Shown piece after piece: positions 7,597-17,043 of a stretch of 64,000 bases of DNA. The translations under genes and the position numbers were made by a program. Position 1 is the first letter of the stretch. The number at the start of each line of letters is the position of its first letter. Source of the DNA: a virus. The notes under the pieces are model-generated. The model saw only the letters and a program-made list of their open reading frames with translations, did no database searches and was not told the DNA's origin. Location: IMG/VR virus record IMGVR_UViG_3300045988_126355; one strand, written 5' to 3'.

Positions 7597-7877
7597 TGGG
7601 GTTGAGAGAATTTGTAGAACTTTTTGACAAGAATGAAGTAAAGAACTTGTTTAAAGCGTTAGATTTATGTATGGAATATGTAAGATTAGATTTACATGTG
7701 TTTAATGTAGGAGCTCATGTAACATGTTCATACAGTAATGATCTTGAATCGCTTTCACAGGCAGAAGGTTGTAATGTGAATATGATAATAGAGGTGCCTC
7801 GCTTATTCGAAGCGTTCATGGAATACGCTTCACCGGAAATGAAGTTGTATTATGAAAAACTAACAGAGACAGTATAA
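7593..7877 (+). CDS. hypothetical protein (94 aa)
   Basis: ORF, ATGA overlap. Confidence 0.4.
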   Translation: MMGLREFVELFDKNEVKNLFKALDLCMEYVRLDLHVFNVGAHVTCSYSNDLESLSQAEGCNVNMIIEVPRLFEAFMEYASPEMKLYYEKLTETV

Positions 7878-7878
7878 T

Positions 7879-8352
7879 ATGAAAGAGGAAGTAGAACGGA
7901 TAAAGAGGTTGGTTGGCATAGATCATAATAGATGGGAGCAGCCTTGTACATGTGATAAATGCAAGAACATGTGTGAGGTTCCTTGTATTGGTACGCCAAA
8001 AGACATAGAAGCCATCATAGATGCCGGATATGCTGACAGGCTAAAAGAGACAATGTGGATGGTGGGGTATCTTGCAGTGAAAGAAAAACCAATAGCGATG
8101 ATCCAGCCAACAGAGAAAGACGGGTGGTGCGTGTTCCGCCGGCCAGACGGTCTCTGCGAGCTGCATGACCGCGGACTAAAGCCGACCGAAGGAGTTCTGG
8201 CCTCTTGTAAGATGATTGAAGAAGACAATGTTCCAACATATGAAACATCTGTACTTAGAGCAGTAGCTCATGAGTGGGTTAAGGTGGAGAACTTCGCAAC
8301 TATAATGAGAGTCGTTTTTAAATACTTGCATGAAAATGAACGTGGAAAATAA
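7879..8352 (+). CDS. putative YkgJ-family zinc/iron-chelating (CxxCxxCC-type) domain protein (157 aa)
   Basis: CTCDKCKNMCEVPC N-terminal cluster and GWCVFRRPDGLCELHDRGLKP...C resembling the UPF0153 G.C.F...dg.C.iY..RP..C pattern. Confidence 0.4.
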   Translation: MKEEVERIKRLVGIDHNRWEQPCTCDKCKNMCEVPCIGTPKDIEAIIDAGYADRLKETMWMVGYLAVKEKPIAMIQPTEKDGWCVFRRPDGLCELHDRGLKPTEGVLASCKMIEEDNVPTYETSVLRAVAHEWVKVENFATIMRVVFKYLHENERGK

Positions 8353-8740
8353 ATTAGACAAAGTGGTTAAGATCCTAAAAGAAAAAGGATTTGTAGTATA
8401 TAGAAAGGGCGGGAAGGAGCCAGGTGTGTTTTACGCCAAAGAAGGTGACAGTCGAATAGGATTCGTTTATCCTAACAACGGATATATATACGACAGGATA
8501 AAAATATGGTCTTTTTCAAGAATGTACAAACCACATAAGAAAACCGGATCTTCGTGCTTAATGTGTGTCAGCGACGAATTTACGATAGAAAATGCGATTA
8601 AGAACATAGAGGATAGACTGTGGGTGAATTACATAAAAGACGGTAACAGAAAACGACCAGAAGAATATAAAAATATAAGAGAATTTGTTGGTAGCTTCAC
8701 TAAATTCTACAGCTCTGTAGAATTAGTTGAAGTAAAATAG
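8330..8740 (+). CDS. hypothetical protein (136 aa)
   Basis: ORF. Confidence 0.45.
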   Translation: MKMNVENKLDKVVKILKEKGFVVYRKGGKEPGVFYAKEGDSRIGFVYPNNGYIYDRIKIWSFSRMYKPHKKTGSSCLMCVSDEFTIENAIKNIEDRLWVNYIKDGNRKRPEEYKNIREFVGSFTKFYSSVELVEVK

Positions 8741-8761
8741 TTTTCCATGTAAGTTAGTTAC

Positions 8762-8798
8762 CGGCACTGGTCTGCGAAGATAGGTGCCGTTTTTTTTA
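8762..8798 (+). terminator. rho-independent terminator cggcac-(16 nt)-gtgccg plus tttttttt
   Basis: Perfect 6-bp GC stem followed by T8, just after the stop at 8740. Confidence 0.6.
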
Positions 8799-8818
8799 TT
8801 CAAGAAAAGAGGACAAAT

Positions 8819-9070
8819 ATGGAGAAAAGAGACAAGAAGATGCCTTACGAGGTAGTCATACAGGAAAGAAAAAGAGTGGATTTGTACGGTAACGTAGTGT
8901 ATTATATCCATTGGTTTGATAAATATGGGTACAATATCACAAACGAATGGAAATTCTGGAGCAAGGGTCCGAAAAAGAAATACGATAGAGTTAATCGTTA
9001 TCTAACGGATAGTTGGTTGAAGGAATACTGTGGGAATAACGATTTAAAGATAAGGAGAATAAAGGAATGA
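8819..9070 (+). CDS. hypothetical protein (83 aa)
   Basis: ORF. Confidence 0.4.
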   Translation: MEKRDKKMPYEVVIQERKRVDLYGNVVYYIHWFDKYGYNITNEWKFWSKGPKKKYDRVNRYLTDSWLKEYCGNNDLKIRRIKE

Positions 9071-9582
9071 AAAAGATAAAAGTAGACAAAGTGATATTAT
9101 ATTACATGGATCGGGTAGACCCTGACGGGAACCTATACCGGTTCTATGTATATAAAGACATGGCATCTGAAATAGAATACTTTTGCACGGAAGAGACAGG
9201 TAATATGACTATACCAATCGGAGAAGGAGAGTATGTCAAGATCGTACCAAAAAAAATAGAGAAAATACCGGTAAGGGGATATAGGAAGCTTACTGGAATA
9301 TGGAATCGTGAAACATGTAACGGGAAGGGATGGTACAGGCTTTTTAATTATTTCAAATACAAGCCGACCCTATGTTATTTTAAAAAAGCGGGACATGATG
9401 AAAATGGGAACACAAGATACGAAATATCATTATTTAATAACATTATAAATGTGACAAGGTATTTCAATCTGTGGAGAATGAAGCCAGGAAAGTATGTTAT
9501 GGTAACAAACGAGTGTGGTGCCTTGGATGTTATAAAAGAAAAATTCGATAACATAAATATAGTGGAATATGGATCTGAATGA
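9067..9582 (+). CDS. hypothetical protein (171 aa)
   Basis: ORF. Confidence 0.45.
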   Translation: MKKIKVDKVILYYMDRVDPDGNLYRFYVYKDMASEIEYFCTEETGNMTIPIGEGEYVKIVPKKIEKIPVRGYRKLTGIWNRETCNGKGWYRLFNYFKYKPTLCYFKKAGHDENGNTRYEISLFNNIINVTRYFNLWRMKPGKYVMVTNECGALDVIKEKFDNINIVEYGSE

Positions 9583-9937
9583 ATTGTACAAAGAAATAGA
9601 AAAAGCAGAGGTTGATCTGAATGCAAAAAGATTAAAGTACATCAAAGAGGCATTAGTGGAGAACGGTGGAAGTATAAAGCTAAAATTCAAAGAATTTAAA
9701 GAGTTTAAAGAAACTAATGATGCGTTTGACTTCGATGATCAGTTTCCGGTGATAATAGAAATTGCTGGGATTCCTATGTATTTAACGGAAGTGTATGTCA
9801 AAAAAAACGATTTTCGTATAGTTCTGCTGGATTATGATGATATGACTTTAGGTGATTATGATAATACAGGGGAAAATGAACAGGTTGCTTATTTTATTAA
9901 CTATTGTTTAAATCAAGACAAAGATGGGAAAGAGTAG
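9569..9937 (+). CDS. hypothetical acidic protein (122 aa)
   Basis: ORF. Confidence 0.4.
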   Translation: MDLNELYKEIEKAEVDLNAKRLKYIKEALVENGGSIKLKFKEFKEFKETNDAFDFDDQFPVIIEIAGIPMYLTEVYVKKNDFRIVLLDYDDMTLGDYDNTGENEQVAYFINYCLNQDKDGKE

Positions 9938-10112
9938 AAAAGATTATGAGAAGTTTCTTAACTCCATATCTCCAGATAGAGACGATGAAACATGGATCAT
10001 TGGAGGAAAGAACAGGTATTGCGGTAGAGAGAATTACGGCACTATGATCAAAAGGTATGATCCTATTGGTTTTAACGTAGGGTACAGGGAGTGGGCAGAA
10101 CAGCCAGGGTAA
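9924..10112 (+). CDS. hypothetical protein (62 aa)
   Basis: ORF. Confidence 0.3.
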   Translation: MGKSRKDYEKFLNSISPDRDDETWIIGGKNRYCGRENYGTMIKRYDPIGFNVGYREWAEQPG

Positions 10113-10160
10113 GGTGGAGCCTGCCCTGCCATGAGGTCGGCCTGGCTGTCTGTGGCCAGG
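10101..10160 (+). other. GC-rich region with two mutually exclusive stems: cagccagg (10101-10108) with cctggctg (10141-10148), or cctggc (10141-10146) with gccagg (10155-10160)
   Basis: Read directly; GC-rich island in an AT-rich genome at the 3' end of a gene. Confidence 0.4.
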
Positions 10161-10243
10161 GTTGTATATTAGTCAGATAGTGAACAATGAAAACGATACA
10201 AATATTATGAATTTAGGCAATCATATACCTAAAATAATAGCTT

Positions 10244-10558
10244 ATGACATTTAAAGAATTTATGAAAGAAGTAGGCTATGACCCAATGACTACCTTTTGG
10301 GAAGATTTCAGCATAGCCGACAAGTATGGTATAGCAGGTGTCAAGGATACCTACAAACGTGCATTCAGTGAATGGAAAGATGATTATAAGTTTTTCACGG
10401 AATTAACGCTTGTATTGAATCATAAAATCTGGCAACATTATGAAAGCAATCGTAAACTGGCTGCACTGTATGACCGGTTGTGGCGAGAAGCTGACGAGTA
10501 TGCCATGAACAACTTTAAGGGAGAAGAACTTGATTATTATTACAGAATAACAGATTAA
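10244..10558 (+). CDS. hypothetical protein (104 aa)
   Basis: ORF. Confidence 0.45.
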   Translation: MTFKEFMKEVGYDPMTTFWEDFSIADKYGIAGVKDTYKRAFSEWKDDYKFFTELTLVLNHKIWQHYESNRKLAALYDRLWREADEYAMNNFKGEELDYYYRITD

Positions 10559-10606
10559 TATTATGACAGCAGCAGAAAAATTAAGAACTATTTAAAATAT
10601 AAAGAC

Positions 10607-10969
10607 ATGGAAGACGATCTTATTACAACAAAAGAAGTAGGTGATTATCGCATTAAAGTGTATTATTGCCGTGATTCAGAATGCCCTATAACTAATTGGG
10701 GTTTGTTTGGGTCATTCTTTTTTGAATACTCTGATATGCATCGATTGCATGATGAATGCAATTGGAAAACTTTCTTCTACGATAACAAGCATAATCTTAG
10801 AGATGTTATTGATGCTATTGTAATGAAGCATATAGAACAGAAAGACATTGTAAAATATTTAAAGAAAGGGGAAGCGAATGGGATCTCATTCACATACAAC
10901 AGAGGTGGCAATGTATGGGAGTTGAAACATAAGACAAGTCTATATAGGTCAAGAGTTTTCACCAAGTGA
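10607..10969 (+). CDS. hypothetical protein (120 aa)
   Basis: ORF. Confidence 0.45.
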   Translation: MEDDLITTKEVGDYRIKVYYCRDSECPITNWGLFGSFFFEYSDMHRLHDECNWKTFFYDNKHNLRDVIDAIVMKHIEQKDIVKYLKKGEANGISFTYNRGGNVWELKHKTSLYRSRVFTK

Positions 10970-10970
10970 T

Positions 10971-11414
10971 TTGACGGACTTTGATTGCAGAGGAGAATTA
11001 ATAGAGGATCTGGATGATGAAGACCTGTTAGATATCATATCCAAATATGGAAAAGATGTGGTAGCTATAGAGTGGTCGACAAGGGGTTATAATCAAGGTG
11101 ATTATATAAAAGGGATAGCATACGTTACAAAAGAAAAATATGATAATGAAGTCTGCAACAAAGAAGGAGACTGGAAAGAAGATTGTGCCAAAATTATAGA
11201 TAATGAAGTAAAGTCCATAGGTATGTGGATGTGGGGAGATGTAAAAGGGTACGTTCTTGAAAAGAAGGTAGCATTTACCAAGAGATACAAAGACGAATCA
11301 AGAGAGGATGAAGATTGTGAAGAATGGGAAGAGGTTGATTCTTGCTGGGGATGTTACGAGGAGACAGATGAATTGATAAAGGAAGTTATGATAGAGAATG
11401 ATTTAGAAGAATAG
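10971..11414 (+). CDS. hypothetical highly acidic protein (147 aa)
   Basis: ORF; D/E-rich. Confidence 0.45.
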   Translation: MTDFDCRGELIEDLDDEDLLDIISKYGKDVVAIEWSTRGYNQGDYIKGIAYVTKEKYDNEVCNKEGDWKEDCAKIIDNEVKSIGMWMWGDVKGYVLEKKVAFTKRYKDESREDEDCEEWEEVDSCWGCYEETDELIKEVMIENDLEE

Positions 11415-11557
11415 GTTATAATGGCTGATAGTGACGGACGCCACAGGAGACAGGTGGGAAAGTGCGAAGAGCTCCGGTTCAGGGGAGACGGGGCCTGCTT
11501 TGCGTGGCGTAAGGCTACAGTAGATGAAATTGTTGAACATTTTAAAAACAGATAATT

Positions 11558-11827
11558 ATGGGATATATATGTACAAGATGTGGTGGAACAAATGTTGCTT
11601 GTGAAGCCATAGTAAATCCGAATACCGGAAAAATAATAGATTATTTTGATGGATCTTTTATGCATGCTATTTGCTCGAATTGTGAAAACGAGGTGATAAT
11701 ATCCAACATTGAAGAAGTCAAACATGAAATTGATTTAAGGTTTCATGAATTTGTAGAAAGAACAGGGAAGGAGCCTGAATACGTAGAATGTCAGATTGTA
11801 CGGAAAGAGACAGGAGACTTGTTTTGA
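11558..11827 (+). CDS. zinc-ribbon protein (89 aa; CTRCGG...CSNCEN)
   Basis: Two CxxC pairs. Confidence 0.4.
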   Translation: MGYICTRCGGTNVACEAIVNPNTGKIIDYFDGSFMHAICSNCENEVIISNIEEVKHEIDLRFHEFVERTGKEPEYVECQIVRKETGDLF

Positions 11828-12429
11828 TATTGTTTGAAGAATAGTGGAGACCCAATTTTGTTCCCATCACTTTTAGTTAGATAAGTTTTAAGTCCAAAAT
11901 CCAATCCGATAGATGCACCATCATGTGTCTTTCTATAAGAGTTTATAAGATTATGATCTGTAATAATTATCAGACTATATCGATGGCATGTTTCTCTAAC
12001 TATTCTAATTTGTTTAACATTACCTTCGTAGACTCTACTGTATGAAAATCTAAATCGTTTCTTCCCTTTGTTAATTGTTAAACAATTACCATTCAGGGTA
12101 AAACCACCTTGTTTGAATACAAAAGAATTGAATTTCTCCGGTGATTTAAACTTAGGAGGTCGTTTAGCCAACTTCTTAAAGAAACGATTATAAGATTCAT
12201 CAAGACGTTCAAGTATTTCTTGTGTTGTTTGAGAATGAAGAAGATTTCTTTTAATTCTTTTGGCAAAATACTTCTTCATTTTACCAACTGAGATATATTT
12301 CCCAAACAGTTTGTGATACCTACGTTGTAGCGCTAAAGCATGATTCCATACGAAACAACATTCTCGAAGCATCTTGTCAAGATACTTCGTTTTCTTGGAA
12401 TGATAGATGTTGTATTTGTATGAAATCAT
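11791..12429 (-). pseudogene. tnpB: truncated IS200/IS605-family TnpB (OrfB) remnant: N-terminal ~212 aa through RuvC-I; RuvC-II/III and zinc finger absent
   Basis: Matches the TnpB N-terminal consensus and the RuvC-I motif (YKYNIY...CCFVWNHALA; GLDFGLKTYLTKSDGNKIGSPLFFKQYQNK), then diverges to a stop. The only antisense gene in the plus-strand block. Confidence 0.65.
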
Positions 12430-12522
12430 TTTTTTATCTGTAATTTTGATTCAAAATTAATCAAACCAATTCATCCACCTTCTAAAGTATGGTGGTTTTG
12501 TTGGTTAAATAATCATAAAACT

Positions 12523-12930
12523 ATGAGCATAAAAGTAATAAGATACAGGTTGCCATCTTATTGGGCTTGTCCGTTAATCAATGATGATTACACTGGATTA
12601 ACGGATGAAGAATGTGAGGAAATTCATAAAATACAAGATATGGAAAGATTGAATTTTGAAACATTGTTTCGTATCGTAAGATGGGATTACAATCGTTGCT
12701 TTAAGGATGAATCACTGGACAAGGATTTGTTCGTAGAAAAATACGGACGGGTAATGGGTGAGCATTATTATAACAAGTTTGTCCATGAATTTGACGGAAA
12801 TATTCTGAAGATGGTTGGTTACTTCAGAGGTTCCGAAAAAGAGGGGCAAGTCTTCTGCGATATGATAACCGAACGTATTGAAAAATACGAAAAGAGAATG
12901 TCATATGATAAAGGTAAGTTAAACAATTAA
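12523..12930 (+). CDS. hypothetical protein (135 aa)
   Basis: ORF. Confidence 0.45.
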   Translation: MSIKVIRYRLPSYWACPLINDDYTGLTDEECEEIHKIQDMERLNFETLFRIVRWDYNRCFKDESLDKDLFVEKYGRVMGEHYYNKFVHEFDGNILKMVGYFRGSEKEGQVFCDMITERIEKYEKRMSYDKGKLNN

Positions 12931-12942
12931 AAAGATATTTAT

Positions 12943-14004
12943 ATGAACAATTCAATGGTCGCTCACTTGTGGGCTCATGAACAAGAAGAATCAGCATCAG
13001 GGGGCAATTTCTTCTTTGAAGGTACAAGTATTTATTCTTATGGGCATCACTTTGAAGTCGGGAGAATAGTAAAAAACAAACAAGGGAAGAAAGCATACCT
13101 GATAAATGAAGATTATTATTCTGTTACCACGAGCAAACATCAATGCTATGTTCGTAATGCGATACCAACTTGGGCAATGGTTTTCAGTGTAGGGGATAAT
13201 ATATCGGATACTGGTAATATGAGGTTTGTTGCCAGCAAACTGGAATCAATTAAGAAGTCTATTGAAAAATACAAAAGAGCTAAAACAGAATTATCTTATA
13301 CAGATATTTGGGGCGCTTTTGGGAATATGATGGATTACATTCAGTTCTTTAACATGGGGACTGCTAAGAGTATCCTTAAAAAGAGTGCTAATGATTGGCT
13401 TGGAACCAATCATGAATTATCCAAGAGCGGAGATAGTATCAAGCGTAAGCACGTACATGAATTAAAACGCATCTTTCAAATTTTATTAGATCATCAAGGA
13501 TTAAAAGTGTTAGGGACCGTAAATGTGATTGTTGATGAAGTTTGCGGGGAAGGTACATGGATTAAGTATTCAGAAAGATCTGAAAGATGGAGAAAGGGTG
13601 AGGAAGAAAGAGAAAGAATAAAATTAGAGAGATTAAGAAAGGAAGAAGAAGCCCGTTACAAGGATTTTGATGAAAAACTGGAAGAGTGGAAGTCAGGAGA
13701 AATCAATTTCTTGAATACACCTTTCTATATTCCTGGTGAAAAACCTAACGCCTGGATTCGTATAAAAGGAAATATTATTGAGACAAGTAAACAGATAAAG
13801 ATTGGAATAGCAGAAGCCAGAAAACTGTGGCGGGCTGTGTCGGCAATGCACCGGGGCGCCGAGTTTCGGCACGGTCTGGTGGAGGACATCACCGGTCACC
13901 AGTGGAGTCTAAATCGGTACGAAAACGATTTGCTAACCGTTGGATGTCATAGGATAGCATATAACGAAATGGAGAGAATAGCAAAACAACTGGGATGGGT
14001 TTAA
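12943..14004 (+). CDS. hypothetical protein with central E/R/K coiled-coil (353 aa)
   Basis: Long ORF. Confidence 0.5.
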   Translation: MNNSMVAHLWAHEQEESASGGNFFFEGTSIYSYGHHFEVGRIVKNKQGKKAYLINEDYYSVTTSKHQCYVRNAIPTWAMVFSVGDNISDTGNMRFVASKLESIKKSIEKYKRAKTELSYTDIWGAFGNMMDYIQFFNMGTAKSILKKSANDWLGTNHELSKSGDSIKRKHVHELKRIFQILLDHQGLKVLGTVNVIVDEVCGEGTWIKYSERSERWRKGEEERERIKLERLRKEEEARYKDFDEKLEEWKSGEINFLNTPFYIPGEKPNAWIRIKGNIIETSKQIKIGIAEARKLWRAVSAMHRGAEFRHGLVEDITGHQWSLNRYENDLLTVGCHRIAYNEMERIAKQLGWV

Positions 14005-14050
14005 GTAACCCATCTTGTTTTATTGATTACATAATTAAAAATAAAAAGAT

Positions 14051-14639
14051 ATGGAAAATCCAATTATTGTTCCGTTTGATTTAAATACGGCGAGAAAAAT
14101 TAAAAGCGGAGAAATAGAAGGTTCAGTATTAATTGGTAATATTAAAATAGAATTTGTATATGAGTCAAAAGACTGTGCAGATCGTTATAATTTACTTTTT
14201 GTAAAAAAAAGATGAATCTGGGATAAGTGCTATATATGCCGATACAGAAGGTCGTACTTTTTTCAACAACGTTCTGGAATTGGAAGTAGAGGCTGGAGCG
14301 TATTTTAAGAAAGGAGATGTATTAATAAGCACGCTTGGGAACCCATTTATATATAATGGTATTATTAATAGAGAAGGAGATATGGGATGCATATATGGTA
14401 TATCGGCATATGGCGAGTATATACCATCTCTTGGTCAATTAAATTTAATGGCCCATTATATGGACGAACTAAACAAAGCATTCACTTATGTTTCGGCATC
14501 TCCCCTCTCCTCGACGTGGTATTGGTCCAGTACTGAGAGCAGCCAGGCCGTCGCGTGGTACGTGGTCTTCTCCAGTGGTCTCACGGGCACCGGCAACAAG
14601 CACATCGGAGACATGGTTCGGACGGTAATTGATTTTTAA
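14051..14639 (+). pseudogene. DUF1566 (Lcl C-terminal domain)-like protein split by a frameshift at an A8 homopolymer (14203-14210)
   Basis: Upstream ORF 14051-14215 (MENPIIVPFDLNTARKIKSGEIEGS...LLFVKKR*) and downstream ORF (TTG 14280, open back to 14205). Removing one A of the A8 tract fuses them. C-terminus has LPSLGQLNLM...YWSSTESSQAVAWYVVFSSG...VRTV, the DUF1566 signature. Confidence 0.45.
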
Positions 14640-14650
14640 AAAGAATTACA

Positions 14651-15448
14651 ATGATAACATCGGTAAAAATAAAAGACAATACAAAAACTCCATTTGAATA
14701 TGTTTCGGATATAGAAGCATTTGAAAATGGCAAGAAATTTATTTTCAAGCCAGGAGTGAATGTAATTATAGGTAAAAACGGTAGCGGAAAATCAACCTTG
14801 CTTAACATCATATCAATGTATGCGTTATGCGAGAAATCCATGTGCTCTGAAATGCCGACCGAGGCACTGGATTTTCCACCTATATTTGATGACGATGATA
14901 AGGTTTTTGATGGGATTGACATATCATCCGATTATGCAGGGAAAGTATTCCGTTTATTGCCATCGGCGGAGATGAATCGAGATAGTATATTGAAAAACAT
15001 CAGCAATTTAGATTTGTATGTGAATAATATTCGAAAATCTTATGGAGAGAAAGTGGTGTTATCATTGGAATCGCTTTTCAATTTAATGTTCAGTCAGAAG
15101 GATTATACGTTTCCAATACAAGATCTTGTAGAATACAAGAAAAAATCAAATGCGTTTTGGATTAAAAGAATTGATAACCTGTTGAAGTATTATAAAAGAA
15201 ACCGCATAGCATTAACAAAAAGCAGTTTTGAATACACGGTTCTCATGGATGAGCCAGACAGGAATCTTGATATTGATAACATAATGCAAATTTATAATGT
15301 ATTGTCATTCCATAAACCACAAACACAAATTATAGCCATAGTACACAATCCGGCATTGATTTACAAGTTAAGCAAATTAGATTGTGTGAATTTCATAGAG
15401 ATGACAGAAGGATATCTTAGTAAAACTTGTATATTTATGTCTAATTAA
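14651..15448 (+). CDS. ABC-type ATPase (AAA_21/RecF-like; Walker A GKNGSGKST, Walker B VLMDEPDRNLD, H-loop IVHNP) (265 aa)
   Basis: Motifs read directly. Confidence 0.65.
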   Translation: MITSVKIKDNTKTPFEYVSDIEAFENGKKFIFKPGVNVIIGKNGSGKSTLLNIISMYALCEKSMCSEMPTEALDFPPIFDDDDKVFDGIDISSDYAGKVFRLLPSAEMNRDSILKNISNLDLYVNNIRKSYGEKVVLSLESLFNLMFSQKDYTFPIQDLVEYKKKSNAFWIKRIDNLLKYYKRNRIALTKSSFEYTVLMDEPDRNLDIDNIMQIYNVLSFHKPQTQIIAIVHNPALIYKLSKLDCVNFIEMTEGYLSKTCIFMSN

Positions 15449-15460
15449 ATATTTTCAACA

Positions 15461-15844
15461 ATGAGCTATTTTGTATTAATGGGGAGAAGAATCCCAAAGC
15501 AAGCCATAACAGGCTTCAGATTCCAAAATGAAACAGACAACATTCGTCCTTTCCTATCAATCAGGATAAGAGGGAAGGAGGAAATTATACCCTTTAAAGA
15601 TAAAAGGGAAATACTGTCCGTGAAAGCGCATTTGTGTTCTGTCTTCTCCAAATTTGTGAAAATAGGTGACTGGTATCTCAAGATGTCGGAAGTTAAGGAG
15701 TATAAGCCGGTGACTGCCGAAGATATGAATCCTTACATCTTATTTAAAACATCTAAGTTCGGAAACATAAAGGTTCGTTTCCAAAAAGATGAAGATATGA
15801 ATGCAGAATTATTGGTATTGGATCAACTTTTTGATGTGGAATAA
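15461..15844 (+). CDS. hypothetical protein (127 aa)
   Basis: ORF. Confidence 0.45.
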   Translation: MSYFVLMGRRIPKQAITGFRFQNETDNIRPFLSIRIRGKEEIIPFKDKREILSVKAHLCSVFSKFVKIGDWYLKMSEVKEYKPVTAEDMNPYILFKTSKFGNIKVRFQKDEDMNAELLVLDQLFDVE

Positions 15845-15873
15845 ATTAGTAATCACCTTTTATAAATCAAGCT

Positions 15874-16125
15874 ATGACTTGGAAAGAATTGAAAGACAAA
15901 ATATCTCTTATGACAGAAGAAGAGCAACAGCAGGAAGTTGCAGTTTGGGGAGAATATCTGAATTTGATGAAAGATTGCTCCTTGGAGAAAACAAATGAGA
16001 ATATGTACTACAACTCTGAATGGGATTATACTCTTGAAGAGAGTGAATTGGAACCGGAAGACAAGAATGACCCTGATATACATAAGGTATATGAAGCAGG
16101 AATGCATTATATTTATTCAAATTGA
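15874..16125 (+). CDS. hypothetical acidic protein (83 aa)
   Basis: ORF. Confidence 0.4.
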   Translation: MTWKELKDKISLMTEEEQQQEVAVWGEYLNLMKDCSLEKTNENMYYNSEWDYTLEESELEPEDKNDPDIHKVYEAGMHYIYSN

Positions 16126-16137
16126 TTTTAAAAAGAT

Positions 16138-16890
16138 TTGATTATGGCAGCATTAACAACACTAAATATAACGGAAAAGAATACCAATAACAGTTTATCT
16201 GTAACTGTTAAAGTGAATGTCACCAAAGAAGGAGTGTTTACCACTACTTTATCAAAAGAAGATGTGGACAAGATTCATTCTTATAAGATCAAATTACCTG
16301 TCAACAGATTAGGCAACGAAGGATATTTCAATAGCACATCACTTTCTGATCTGGAAAATCAAATCAGGAAAGTCCTGGAGAGGTGTTTAAGCTATAAAAT
16401 AGTAGAAGAAGTACCTGTTATTAAGTATCAGTTAGAAACTCTCTGTTTATTTGCCTATGACAAAAACGGAGACATTGTTCCTAACCCCTCTGTGGAATGG
16501 ACAGGGAACTATGAGAATGGAGAATGGAGAGATGGAACTTCTCGTTTAGATGCTTTAAATGCCGAACCTTTCGGTTTTAGTATTTATGCAAAACCATTTC
16601 TAAAAAGAGTAATTGAATATGGTAATGGAGAGAAAAAAGTAGAATACGATAGATTGAATGCAGAAAAAGGAACTTATACACACTGGCTGAATTGTGTAGC
16701 AGGTATGTCATACAATCGATATAAGCCGGTAATGGAAGTGGAATGCAACGAATGCACCTCAAAATTATTCGTTGATATGATCAAATCTATTTGTAAGATA
16801 AGTGAACAAATTAAGAGTTTTATCAATCCAGAACAAATAAAAGCAATTGCGGAGTCAAATGAACCGATTTTGCTTTTATCTAACAACTAA
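16138..16890 (+). CDS. hypothetical protein (250 aa)
   Basis: ORF. Confidence 0.5.
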   Translation: MIMAALTTLNITEKNTNNSLSVTVKVNVTKEGVFTTTLSKEDVDKIHSYKIKLPVNRLGNEGYFNSTSLSDLENQIRKVLERCLSYKIVEEVPVIKYQLETLCLFAYDKNGDIVPNPSVEWTGNYENGEWRDGTSRLDALNAEPFGFSIYAKPFLKRVIEYGNGEKKVEYDRLNAEKGTYTHWLNCVAGMSYNRYKPVMEVECNECTSKLFVDMIKSICKISEQIKSFINPEQIKAIAESNEPILLLSNN

Positions 16891-17043
16891 AAAATCATGA
16901 GGTATATATGTGTTTTTATCTGCTTTCTGTTATGGCTTATTTTTACGTTGTTATTATCACTCACTGTCATGGGATTGGTTATAAGCGTGAGTGATGAATG
17001 GCAGGAAATGGGTGACAAAATAATAAATAAACTTTAAAAAGAT

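Noticed and set aside
11354-11725. Minus-strand 123-aa ORF as a C-terminal continuation of TnpB
   Set aside because: Wrong frame and no RuvC-II/III or CxxC zinc-finger motifs; S/T-rich low-complexity translation.
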